From: an uncultured Chroococcidiopsis sp. | GTDB taxonomy: Bacteria > Cyanobacteriota > Cyanobacteriia > Cyanobacteriales > Chroococcidiopsidaceae | Assembly (NCBI GenBank): GCA_964248365.1 | Contig: CAXTYC010000002.1 | Location: forward strand, 198,547-262,546 | Direction: 5' to 3' | DNA: 64,000 nucleotides | Part shown: positions 1-9,261 of the stretch, in pieces | Numbering within the stretch: the stretch's first letter is position 1 | Layout: every line of letters starts with the position of its first letter | Position numbers and translations under genes: made by a program | The notes under the pieces: model-generated | What the model saw: the letters and a program-made list of their open reading frames with translations, nothing else | What the model was told of the DNA's origin: nothing | The model's database searches: none

Positions 1-367
1 TTGTGGTAGCTGCTACTGCTAAGTCGATTAACTGCTCGGTTTCTGGTCGGGGAATCAAGACAGCGCTCGAAACTGCCAATTTAAACTGTCGCCAAGGCGT
101 AGCATGAGCAATGTACTGGACTGGTAAGCGGTCATTTAGTCGCTTTTGCCACAGCCTGTCTAATTCTGGTAAAGGTAGCTGTAGCTGAATTTGGGGATAA
201 TCTTTGAAAGACTCTAGCCGCAGGGATAAACGATCCATACTGGCTACTTCTTGCAGTAGCCAGTCTAGTTCATTTGGTGAGACATTGGCAGCGATCGCTG
301 CAAGTGTTGCTCTTTTACGCCACTGCCAAAGTTCTAAACCAGATACCCACGACAAAGAAGCGCTCAT
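1..367 (-). CDS. prmC: Release factor glutamine methyltransferase PrmC/HemK (5' part; runs off window start)
   Basis: Manual translation from ATG at 367: MSASLSWVSGLELWQWRK...RLPVQYIAHATPWRQFKLAVSSAVLIPRPETEQLIDLA; LIPRPETE is the PrmC hallmark. Confidence 0.9.
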   Translation of the reverse strand, partial: MSASLSWVSGLELWQWRKRATLAAIAANVSPNELDWLLQEVASMDRLSLRLESFKDYPQIQLQLPLPELDRLWQKRLNDRLPVQYIAHATPWRQFKLAVSSAVLIPRPETEQLIDLAVAATT

Positions 368-370
368 GAG

Positions 371-1168
371 TTAGCGTTTCGGTGCAGTTGATTGGGGACG
401 TTTTTGATTACCACCATTAGAACTGAGCGATCGCACAAAGTCAATTGACTCTTTTGGTGGGACTAGGACAACTTGGCTCAAACCCTTATCATTGCCACTT
501 TGTAGAGCTTGTATCATTCCTTCCAAATTCACTACTTGAATTTCAATCGTGGAAGCTAAATCAGGTTTCTGTTGTTTGAAGCGCTCTAGCATACTTTGTA
601 ATTCACTTTTGTTAAAGAAGAAAGGAATTACTTGCCCGTTCGCTTGTTTAATAGTCAAGTAGCCTTTTTCTTTTCCAGCTTTGGCTACAAATAAAGGAGT
701 GCCATTAAACTTTTGCACTTTTTGACCACTTTGCTGCAACAGTTGCACTGCTGCTGCAACTTGTTGCTGTTGTGGAACAAAGGCAAAATCAGGAGAATTT
801 GGCTTGTTTTTGTTCGCTTGCTCTAGTTTGTAAACTTCCGCCAAAGATACAGGAACTACTCGGACATTTTTCGCCAGAGTTGGATTTTTCGTCTTTATGC
901 GATCAATAAATGCCTGAGCATCTTGACGATTAATAAAAACTCCTGCAACTCCTGACTTTTTTTTCTGATCTGGTACAGAAGCCACTAAGGGAGCGCCTTT
1001 GTCATCTGTAATTGTGAACATAGGCACAGGTCCTAGTTTTTGCAAGACTTGCTCTTGGGGCAAAGCTAATGCTTGTAAAGCACCAATTGTTGAAGAGCCG
1101 ATGATAGCACTTGCAGCTAAACCTAATGTAGCGGTTCGGCGAATCATTGATTTTATAACTGATTTCAT
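371..1168 (-). CDS. tic22: Tic22 family periplasmic chaperone
   Basis: Signal peptide ending ALA-LP, KLGPVPMFTITD, VPVSLAEVY, GTPLF, IPFFF motifs; start may be 1168 or 1183. Confidence 0.85.
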   Translation of the reverse strand: MKSVIKSMIRRTATLGLAASAIIGSSTIGALQALALPQEQVLQKLGPVPMFTITDDKGAPLVASVPDQKKKSGVAGVFINRQDAQAFIDRIKTKNPTLAKNVRVVPVSLAEVYKLEQANKNKPNSPDFAFVPQQQQVAAAVQLLQQSGQKVQKFNGTPLFVAKAGKEKGYLTIKQANGQVIPFFFNKSELQSMLERFKQQKPDLASTIEIQVVNLEGMIQALQSGNDKGLSQVVLVPPKESIDFVRSLSSNGGNQKRPQSTAPKR

Positions 1169-1329
1169 GAATGCTCCTGGCATTAATCACCAAATTGATA
1201 GATGCGAACGGTTAGAAGTTTACACCGTCCTTTTGTTCTTGCCTATAGTAACGCCTTTGTCAATAGTCTTTTTGATTTTATTTTGGCTCTCGACTCCAAT
1301 AGACGAAAGCATTAGGAGAAAAGTTTCAA

Positions 1330-2178
1330 TTAGGCAAGCAGTTTGTAGCAAACACTTTTGTTGAATTGCACCCGCTCAAACGAGTCATCAAGATTAATTG
1401 TCGTTTCACCACCACCCAAAAACAAATAGCCATCAGGTTTTAAAACCTGCCGTACCTTACCCAGAATTGCTTTTTTTGTTTGAGTATCGAAATAGATTAA
1501 AACATTACGCATGAAAATAATATCCATTGGCGGCAGTGATGACCAGGATTGGATGAGATTGAGCTGATGAAACTCAACCATCTGCCGAATATCTTCCTTA
1601 AGAAGCCAGTCATTATTTTGCGGCTCAAAGTATTTGTTTCGTAGTGTTTCAGGTAGTCCTCGGTTAACTTCGAGTTGATTATAACGACCATTGCGGGCGC
1701 GTGCTAAAATTTTGCTGGAAAAGTCGCTGCCAATTAGCCGCAAATTCCAACTTGTCAGCATGGGGAAATGTTCACGAATCAGCATAGCGATGCTGTATGG
1801 TTCCTGACCACTGGAGCAAGCAGCAGACCAAATATTAAGAGATTGATCGCCTTTGCGCCGCTCGATTAACAGGGGTAGGATAAAATCGATTAGCGCTTCA
1901 AAAGGATAGACATCTCGGAAAAACGTTGTTTCGTATGTCGCTAGTGCTTCAATTACTTGCACATGAAGCTCGCCAAATGGGACACTTCGCAGTCGTCTTA
2001 CTAACGAGGCGATCGAATCGAATCCTGCCGACTGTGCCAGCATTCCTAGATGTAGCTTTGCCAGATATTCTTTATCTGCATCCAGCACAACCGCTGAATG
2101 TTCACGGACTAAGTGACGAAGATAGGCAAAGTCGATACTACTTATGCCCATTGTCGGTTTGTTACAGTTCTTAAACAT
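1330..2178 (-). CDS. cheR: Chemotaxis methyltransferase CheR
   Basis: ETTFFRD, IWSAACSSGQEPYSIAM, DIIFMRNVLIYFD, GYLFLGGGE motifs. Confidence 0.95.
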   Translation of the reverse strand: MFKNCNKPTMGISSIDFAYLRHLVREHSAVVLDADKEYLAKLHLGMLAQSAGFDSIASLVRRLRSVPFGELHVQVIEALATYETTFFRDVYPFEALIDFILPLLIERRKGDQSLNIWSAACSSGQEPYSIAMLIREHFPMLTSWNLRLIGSDFSSKILARARNGRYNQLEVNRGLPETLRNKYFEPQNNDWLLKEDIRQMVEFHQLNLIQSWSSLPPMDIIFMRNVLIYFDTQTKKAILGKVRQVLKPDGYLFLGGGETTINLDDSFERVQFNKSVCYKLLA

Positions 2179-2205
2179 ATATGATTAAAAAATTTAAATA
2201 TCATA

Positions 2206-3255
2206 TCAATTTTTATGTATTTGGTTTATAATTTCATCTGCCATTTGGTCAAGGGGTAAGATTTGATCGGCAAGTCCCGCATTAGCTACAAAACCAGGCA
2301 TACCCCAAACTACGCTGCTGGCTTTATCCTGAACTAGAATTTGACCTCCCGCCTCGCGGATACACTTGCAGCCATGCAGTCCATCTCCACCCATACCAGT
2401 CAGCACAACTGCTAATGTTCTTGCTCCATAAACCTGAGCTACAGAACGAAAGAGGACATCAACTGAAGGGCGACAGGAGTTTTCTGGTGGTTCTTGGTTG
2501 GTGGCAATTTGCCCTCCTGTTCCATGTCGCTCTACAATCATGTGAAAATCCCCTGGTGCTATCCAAGCGTATCCTGGTTCTAGGACAGCCCCAGGAAATG
2601 CTTCCTGGACGGGAATTTTGCACTTAGATGCAAGGCGCTGTGCCAATAGCTGGGTAAACATGGGGGGCATATGTTGAACAATCACAATCGGAACAGAGAA
2701 TTCTGCTGGTAGCTGGGACAGTAGAACTGCTAGGGCATTAGGTCCCCCAGTAGAAACCCCAATTGCTACTATGTCCACTTGTTTCTTTGCTAAAGGAGTG
2801 GGTGGAGCGATTGTTTGGGGAGCGATCGCAGGGGGTGATTTGGTACTATCTATACCAAATAACTTAATTTTAGGAACTAACTCTTGGCAGATGTGTTGAT
2901 TTGCCGCCTCTACACTACCTAAATTACTTGGCTTGGTAGCGTAATCATTAGCCCCCAAAGATAGAGCTGACAAAGTTGCTTCTGCTCCCGTGCGCGTAAA
3001 CGTGCTAAACATAATTACGGGTAGAAGTGGATAATTTTGCCGAATTGCAGTCAATGTTTCTAACCCGTTCAGATCGGGCATTTCTACGTCAAGGATGATT
3101 ACATCAGGATTGACTTGGGGAATTTTGGCTAGAGCAATGTAACCATTAGCCGCGACACCCACCACCTCTATTTGAGGATCGCTTGACAATATTTTACTAA
3201 CTCGACTACGAACTACTACCGCGTCATCAACAATCAGTACGCGAATCTTCGGCAT
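2206..3255 (-). CDS. cheB: Chemotaxis methylesterase CheB (REC + esterase)
   Basis: N-terminal receiver (VDD, LDVEMP, KP); esterase motifs GVSTGGP, VQHMP, RPSVDVLF, LTGMGGDG. Confidence 0.95.
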   Translation of the reverse strand: MPKIRVLIVDDAVVVRSRVSKILSSDPQIEVVGVAANGYIALAKIPQVNPDVIILDVEMPDLNGLETLTAIRQNYPLLPVIMFSTFTRTGAEATLSALSLGANDYATKPSNLGSVEAANQHICQELVPKIKLFGIDSTKSPPAIAPQTIAPPTPLAKKQVDIVAIGVSTGGPNALAVLLSQLPAEFSVPIVIVQHMPPMFTQLLAQRLASKCKIPVQEAFPGAVLEPGYAWIAPGDFHMIVERHGTGGQIATNQEPPENSCRPSVDVLFRSVAQVYGARTLAVVLTGMGGDGLHGCKCIREAGGQILVQDKASSVVWGMPGFVANAGLADQILPLDQMADEIINQIHKN

Positions 3256-3286
3256 TGTGCTTTATTATTTGGTAATTGGTAGAGAC

Positions 3287-3338
3287 TGCCACCCATGCCC
3301 ATCAAATTATTGAATGGTGGGCATTGCCCACCCTACTA
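3287..3338. repeat. 52-bp REP-like element (GTAG-GGTGGGCA-N-TGCCCACC type), copy A
   Basis: Reverse complement matches 5251-5302 except an 11-nt spacer and one loop base; overlaps the MCP stop codon. Confidence 0.75.
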
Positions 3339-5171
3339 GTATTTGAATGTGTTAACAACTTGCTGTAAATCGACTGCCATGCGGGATAATTCACTTGCCG
3401 CTTGGTTCGTATTACTTGCACCTGTTGTAGTACTTTGAGCATTGACGGCAACTATACCAATACTCTTAGCAATATCAGAACTGCCTTTTGCTGCTTCTGC
3501 TACGTTGCGCGAGATTTCATTTGTTGTTGCTGTTTGCTCCTCAACTGCGCTGGCAATGGTATTTTGGATATCGTTAATTTGGTTGATGATGCCAGTAATT
3601 TGAGTAATAGCAGAAACAGCACCATTTGTATCAGTTTGAATCGCTTCAATTCTTTGGCTGATATCCTCAGTAGCTTTTGCAGTCTGTTTGGCTAATTCCT
3701 TGACTTCGCTAGCAACAACAGCAAAACCTTTACCCGCTTCGCCTGCTCGTGCAGCCTCAATTGTAGCGTTGAGAGCTAGTAAATTAGTCTGCTGCGCGAT
3801 CGAAGTAATCGTCTTAATTACTTTGCCAATTTCAAGACTGCTTTTGCCCAATTGAGTAATCGTATCATTAGTGTTGTCAGCTGTCTTGACGGCAATATTA
3901 GCCACTCTAGCACCCTCAGCAGCACTCCTGGCAATCTCCTTAATGCTGGCGTTCATTTCCTCTACAGCAGTGGCGACACTTATGGCATTTGTACTTACCT
4001 GTTCAGCTGAAGCTGAGGCTGATGTCGCCTGAAGAGCTGTCTGGGAAGCATTTTCATTCATTTCTTTACTGACTGCTGTTAATTCTTCTGATGCAGAGGC
4101 TACCGCAGTGGCTACGTCAGCCATTTGTTTTATCGAAGCCATCAAATTGGCAATCATCTGGTTAAGGTTATGGGTTAACTGTTTAAATTCCCCAGCATTT
4201 TGCGTCGAAATCTGCTTTGATAGATCTCCAGAGGCTACTGATAACACTACCTCGCCAATACTTTTCACCTGCTCTGTGAGATTGGTTGACATTTGGTTGA
4301 TATTGTCTATCACTTCTTTCCAAATACCTGATGCTTCCTCTAAAACGGCTTGAGAGCCAAGTTTCCCCTCAGTACCAATCTCACGGGCTACCCGCGTTAC
4401 TTCACTGGCAAAAACATTTAGCTGATCCACCATTTGGTTGACGGTATTCTTAAATACCTCTAGTTCCCCTTGGGTTTCTACGGTAATCTTTTTAGTGAGA
4501 TCTCCCAATGCGATCGCACTGGCAATTTCAGCGATGTTGCGAATTTGCCCTCCCAAAGTTGCCCCCATTCGGTTCACATTCTCTATCACTTCCTGCCAAA
4601 CACCAGCGCCTCCCTCTACCACGATTTGCGAACCAAGCTTGCCTTCTGTACCGACTTCCCGTGTCATTTGGGTAACTTCACAGACAAACGTATTAAGTTG
4701 ATCTACCAGTGTGTTGACAGTAGTGCTAACTTGTAGTATCTCTCCTGTTAAAGGTCTACCGTCGATTTCTAATGGCATTTTTTGAGATAAATCACCTCTT
4801 GCGATCGCGCCTATTACCCTTTGGGCTTCCCTCGTCGGCTTTGCCAAGTTATCAATCAAACTATTAATTGAATTAATACTGGTTCCCCACAAACCATCTG
4901 CGGTATCTGTCAGGCGCTCATGAAGTTTTCCTTCGCCAACTTTTTTACTAATTTCTACAATTTGATTAGCAAAATTTTCGTTCAGACTAACCCATTCATT
5001 AAATACTTCTGCAATCTCTCCCAATCCGTTATCTTCTGGTAATCTAATAGTAAAATCTCCATTGTTAGCTTGTTTTAGAGCATTAATTAATTGCATAGTT
5101 GCGGTATTTTCTATACAAACATCCTCTAATTTAGAATTTTTCAAATCATTTTCGCCTTGATTGTTATTCAT
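3336..5171 (-). CDS. Soluble methyl-accepting chemotaxis protein with N-terminal poly-HAMP array
   Basis: About 7 HAMP-like units (GDLSQK/GDLTKK/GDLSKQ alternating with EGKL units); signalling tip [37 protein letters not shown]; no obvious transmembrane segment. Confidence 0.9.
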   Translation of the reverse strand: MNNNQGENDLKNSKLEDVCIENTATMQLINALKQANNGDFTIRLPEDNGLGEIAEVFNEWVSLNENFANQIVEISKKVGEGKLHERLTDTADGLWGTSINSINSLIDNLAKPTREAQRVIGAIARGDLSQKMPLEIDGRPLTGEILQVSTTVNTLVDQLNTFVCEVTQMTREVGTEGKLGSQIVVEGGAGVWQEVIENVNRMGATLGGQIRNIAEIASAIALGDLTKKITVETQGELEVFKNTVNQMVDQLNVFASEVTRVAREIGTEGKLGSQAVLEEASGIWKEVIDNINQMSTNLTEQVKSIGEVVLSVASGDLSKQISTQNAGEFKQLTHNLNQMIANLMASIKQMADVATAVASASEELTAVSKEMNENASQTALQATSASASAEQVSTNAISVATAVEEMNASIKEIARSAAEGARVANIAVKTADNTNDTITQLGKSSLEIGKVIKTITSIAQQTNLLALNATIEAARAGEAGKGFAVVASEVKELAKQTAKATEDISQRIEAIQTDTNGAVSAITQITGIINQINDIQNTIASAVEEQTATTNEISRNVAEAAKGSSDIAKSIGIVAVNAQSTTTGASNTNQAASELSRMAVDLQQVVNTFKY

Positions 5172-5250
5172 TGCAAAATTCTCCTTAATTATTAAAACTA
5201 ATAAAGTACTTAGCTAATAGCTATAGCAATCCTAAAACATTCGTGAATAG

Positions 5251-5302
5251 TAGTAGGGTGGGCATTGCCCACCATTATCAGAAAGAGTGGGCATGGGTGG
5301 CA
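5251..5302. repeat. 52-bp REP-like element, copy B (inverted relative to copy A), preceded by TATAGCAATCC motif at 5222
   Basis: TAGTAGGGTGGGCATTGCCCACCATT-N11-TGGGCATGGGTGGCA. Confidence 0.75.
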
Positions 5303-5313
5303 AACTAGAAATT

Positions 5314-5790
5314 TCACTTATCACATAGGACTGCTATAATTCCTTTTCTATCAAGAACTTTGTCTGTATCCAGAATCAGCAAAAATCCGTCCTTAAGTTT
5401 ATAAGCTCCCTGTAATACCTGCTGTAATTTGCCTTTAAGGGTTGCGGGTGGAGGTTCAAAATCATTTTCTGTGAATTCTAAAATGTCTCCAATGTCATCC
5501 ACTAATAGACTCACTACCTCCGCATCAGTACGCACTATTACATTGTAGGGAAGTTGCTCGTCGGGAAGTTCAGATATTGGTATTACAGGATCGCTCATCT
5601 CTAATCTACGGCGCAGGTCAATAATAGTAACAATTTGTCCGCGCAGATTAATCAATCCACAAATATCTAACGGTGCTAGAGGTACAGAAGTCATTTCTTG
5701 ATAGCGAATGACTTCTTGGACATGGCGCACATCAATACCAAAGAAAATCCCATTTAGAAAAAAAGTGCAAATCTGATGTTGAACAGGCAT
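5314..5790 (-). CDS. cheW: Chemotaxis coupling protein CheW
   Basis: FGIDVRHVQEV, GLINLRGQIVTIIDL, LLVDDIGDI. Confidence 0.93.
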   Translation of the reverse strand: MPVQHQICTFFLNGIFFGIDVRHVQEVIRYQEMTSVPLAPLDICGLINLRGQIVTIIDLRRRLEMSDPVIPISELPDEQLPYNVIVRTDAEVVSLLVDDIGDILEFTENDFEPPPATLKGKLQQVLQGAYKLKDGFLLILDTDKVLDRKGIIAVLCDK

Positions 5791-5827
5791 TATCAGTTAC
5801 CAGTTAGCAGTTACCAGTTACCAATTA

Positions 5828-8125
5828 TTAATTTCCCTTAAGTAAATAAGGATTGGCAATCCGAACAATATTTTCAATATCGAGGATTTCAGTTATTTGA
5901 CCTTGGATAAGTGCAAGAAAAAGCACACCTGGTCTACTGGCTGCGCCTTTAATAGTAAGTGGTTCCTCTACAATATCAAGAATGCGCTCTACTACTAGTC
6001 CTATATTGTGTTCTTGGTTCAAAGAAACTACTACTACCTGAATAATGTCATCTTCAGCTTGTGGGATAGCCTTAATAGGCTTAAAGGCAGGCAAGGGGCA
6101 AACCTCACTATAATCATCCTGGGAATCTGCAATGCCAAATACAGTATGGAGATCGATTAGAGACAAAATTTTACCTCGATACTGTATTGCATACTGATTT
6201 GCAATCTTCTCAACAGCAGAACGGGGAAACTCTTCCAAGCGAAAAGTTTGGGTAAGGGGAATACCCATACGTCCACCTTGGGAACCGTGAAAAAGCAGCA
6301 CCATCTGGCGGTTGTCTTCTTGTTGGGCTTTTTGTGGTTGAGTACTGGACAGTTGCTGCTGCATTTGTAATGTCAAGCCAGCTCGTTTTGCCAGTGCGAT
6401 CGCATCTATAATTAGTGCAACCTTGCCATCACCCAAAATAGTTGCTCCAGCATAAATAGTTAAATCTTTTAACTGTTTCCCCAGTGGTTTAACTACAATA
6501 TCCTGAGTGTCTGAAATCTCGTCTACTACTAAACCAAAGCGGTAATTGTCAGCATTGATGACAACAATATTAATCGTTTCTAAGTCTGTGGTATCTTGAA
6601 CAAGCAATTCACGATTTAGATATACCAAAGGCAAAACATTGCCGCGCAAGCGGTACACAGGCACATCATAAAGCATTTCGATGTCATTAACAGCTTGTTC
6701 TTCGAGGCGAACTAGCTCTTGTATACTCGATTGGGAAATAGCATAGCGAGAGCCTCCACTCATCACAATCAACGCTGGAATAATTGCCAGAGTCAGGGGA
6801 ATCTTGATTTTGAATGTAGTTCCTTGTCCCAATTGACTATAAACGTCAACTGTACCATTGATCTTCTCGATGTTGGTTTTCACCACATCCATTCCCACAC
6901 CCCGCCCTGACAGATTTGTCACCTGTTGGGCTGTTGATAAGCCTGGTAAGAAAATCAAATTGACAGCTTCCGACTCGCTGATGCTAGCAGCTCTGCTAGC
7001 GGTAATCAGTCCGAGTTGCTGCGCTTTTTGTTTAAGCTGTTGGGAATCGATTCCACTGCCATCATCACTAATTTCTATATTTACTTTACCGCTTTCATGA
7101 AAGGCTCGTAAGCAAAGCCTTCCTACAACTGGTTTACCACGCTGTGTCCGTACAGTTGGTGTCTCAATACCGTGATCGATGCAGTTGCGAATTAAATGGG
7201 TTAAAGGATCTTTGATTGCCTCAATAATAGTCTTATCAAGCTCAGTTGAGGCTCCTAGCATTTCAACTTGTACTTGTTTACCACAAGCGATCGCCGCGTC
7301 ACGAACCACACGGGGAAACTTCTGCCAAATTATACCAATGGGCTGCATTCGAGTTTTCATCACCCCTGACTGCAACTGACTGGTAATCAGATTTAGCTGT
7401 TGGCAGGTAGCATTAAACGCCGTATCTTCTAGGCTATCGGCATATTGCAGCAGCTGATTGCGAGTTAAAACCAGTTCACCCACCAAGTTCATCACCTGAT
7501 CGAGCAAACCCACATTCACCCGAATTGAGGAGGGGCTAGAAGAGGGGCTAGGGGCTAGAGGCTGGGGGCTGGGGAACTCACCGGAAGATTCTGGGATTTC
7601 AGATATTTGATTTTTACTCACAGACTCCAACTTAGAATCCCTAGCCTCTAGCCCCAAACCCCTAGCCCCAAGTTCATCCCTAGCCTCTAGCCCCAAGCCC
7701 CTAGCCCCTTCCCCCGTTGCTTGTCCTACTACTTGCAGTTGGGTTAAAGTTTTGATCAGTGTTGAATAGTCAAGATTGCCTTCATTGCTACTTGCTTCGA
7801 TATTAGTGAGGAGTTGTCGTATAGTATCCACACCTTGGAGTAAACCACTAATGATACTATGATTCAGTTTCAGCTTGCCTGAGCGCAGGTTGCCTAGCAA
7901 ATTCTCACTAGCATGAGCGATCGCTTCTAACTTGGGAAAAGGTAGAAAGCCGCAGTTCCCTTTTATACTGTGAATTACACGGTATACCCGATCTAAAATC
8001 TCTCCATTGGTAGATTTTTTTTCTAAATCAATAATGTCGCGTTCAATTTGATTGAGATTCTCGTAACTTTCGACTAGGAAGGCTCTTATATCATCCTCGT
8101 CTATCTCATCTAACGCCATGTTCAT
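5828..8125 (-). CDS. cheA: Chemotaxis histidine kinase CheA (Hpt-dimerisation-HATPase-CheW-CheW)
   Basis: Hpt IHSIKG; IRVNVGLLDQVMNLVGELV; HLIRNCIDHGIE; SGRGVGMDVV; two C-terminal CheW-like domains; no C-terminal receiver. Confidence 0.95.
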   Translation of the reverse strand: MNMALDEIDEDDIRAFLVESYENLNQIERDIIDLEKKSTNGEILDRVYRVIHSIKGNCGFLPFPKLEAIAHASENLLGNLRSGKLKLNHSIISGLLQGVDTIRQLLTNIEASSNEGNLDYSTLIKTLTQLQVVGQATGEGARGLGLEARDELGARGLGLEARDSKLESVSKNQISEIPESSGEFPSPQPLAPSPSSSPSSIRVNVGLLDQVMNLVGELVLTRNQLLQYADSLEDTAFNATCQQLNLITSQLQSGVMKTRMQPIGIIWQKFPRVVRDAAIACGKQVQVEMLGASTELDKTIIEAIKDPLTHLIRNCIDHGIETPTVRTQRGKPVVGRLCLRAFHESGKVNIEISDDGSGIDSQQLKQKAQQLGLITASRAASISESEAVNLIFLPGLSTAQQVTNLSGRGVGMDVVKTNIEKINGTVDVYSQLGQGTTFKIKIPLTLAIIPALIVMSGGSRYAISQSSIQELVRLEEQAVNDIEMLYDVPVYRLRGNVLPLVYLNRELLVQDTTDLETINIVVINADNYRFGLVVDEISDTQDIVVKPLGKQLKDLTIYAGATILGDGKVALIIDAIALAKRAGLTLQMQQQLSSTQPQKAQQEDNRQMVLLFHGSQGGRMGIPLTQTFRLEEFPRSAVEKIANQYAIQYRGKILSLIDLHTVFGIADSQDDYSEVCPLPAFKPIKAIPQAEDDIIQVVVVSLNQEHNIGLVVERILDIVEEPLTIKGAASRPGVLFLALIQGQITEILDIENIVRIANPYLLKGN

Positions 8126-8228
8126 CTAGGCTTAAAAATTGCCTTTGAAATTATAGCTACTGCTAGGCTAGGCTAGCAAAATTTCCGATTTCATAGCTAA
8201 ATAAATATATCAACTTCAAAGAAGAATC

Positions 8229-8594
8229 ATGGCATTAATTTTGATTGTGGACGATGCAGCATTTTCCCGCCGGATGATCCGCAAAGCTTTGCAAACCGAC
8301 GGCTATGAGATTTTGGAAGCAACCAATGGGCGCGAAGGGCTAGAAATTGCTTGCAGCCACACACCTGATTTGATTTTGACAGATCTCTTAATGCCCGACA
8401 TCAACGGATTTGAATTACTTCAGGCTTTACAAAAACAAGGCTTAAAGATTCCAACGATTATCATTTCAGCAGATATCCAAGAATCCTCACGCAAACAAGG
8501 CTTGGAACTGGGAGCCGCTGGATTTATTAATAAACCCCCCAAAGCAGAAGAACTGCGTAATACAGTGCAACAAGTTTGTAATTTCAAGGATTAA
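8229..8594 (+). CDS. Single-domain response regulator (CheY-like)
   Basis: VDD, TDLLMP, ISAD, KP receiver motifs; 121 aa with no output domain. Confidence 0.9.
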   Translation: MALILIVDDAAFSRRMIRKALQTDGYEILEATNGREGLEIACSHTPDLILTDLLMPDINGFELLQALQKQGLKIPTIIISADIQESSRKQGLELGAAGFINKPPKAEELRNTVQQVCNFKD

Positions 8595-8600
8595 TTCTTT

Positions 8601-9209
8601 ATGCAGTTGACAGATGATGAAATCGATGCTCTAAAAGAACTAGTGAATATCGGTGTTGGTCGAGCAGCCAGTATGCTAAATGAAATGGTGGACTCTAGAA
8701 TTTTTTTAAAAATTCCGTCTATTCAAGTACTAAATGCAACTGATTTGCAACAAGAATTAACGAAAAAATTTAACAATCATTGTTTTGCTGCTGTCACGCA
8801 AAGCTTCACAGGTTCATTTTGTGGAACCGCAGAGCTAGTTTTCCCTACTGAAAGTGCATCAAAGCTGGTAGCAGTTCTCACAGGGGAAAAGCAAGGATCG
8901 CCGGATCTTGATGCTGTTAAGATTGGTACACTAACTGAAATCGGCAATATTGTTATTAACAGTGTAATGGGTTCGATTAGCAATGTGCTAAAGCAGTATA
9001 TGAATTATGCTCTACCTGTATACTTAGAAGACACCGTTGAAAACTTATTAAGATCAAATAATGTTAGCAATTCAACAATATTATTAGCCTCTGCTCGTTT
9101 TACAATTGAAGAATTAGAGATTATTGGAGACATTGTCTTAATTTTTGAAGTCAATTCTTTTGAGGTATTACTAGCCGCTATAAATCAGGAAAACCAAGTT
9201 CGATTATGA
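8601..9209 (+). CDS. cheC: CheC-family phosphatase
   Basis: Two E-x2-N-x22-P motifs (DALKELVNIG...KIP; TLTEIGNIV...ALP). Confidence 0.82.
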   Translation: MQLTDDEIDALKELVNIGVGRAASMLNEMVDSRIFLKIPSIQVLNATDLQQELTKKFNNHCFAAVTQSFTGSFCGTAELVFPTESASKLVAVLTGEKQGSPDLDAVKIGTLTEIGNIVINSVMGSISNVLKQYMNYALPVYLEDTVENLLRSNNVSNSTILLASARFTIEELEIIGDIVLIFEVNSFEVLLAAINQENQVRL

Positions 9210-9261
9210 AGAAAGCTAAAAGCTAACTGCTAGCTGCTAACAACTTGTACTGATTTTCATT

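Noticed and set aside
1184..1330. attR-like duplicate of the tRNA-Pro 3' end at the far side of the che cluster
   Set aside because: No match to TCGGGATGACAGG found by eye and no integrase in the window
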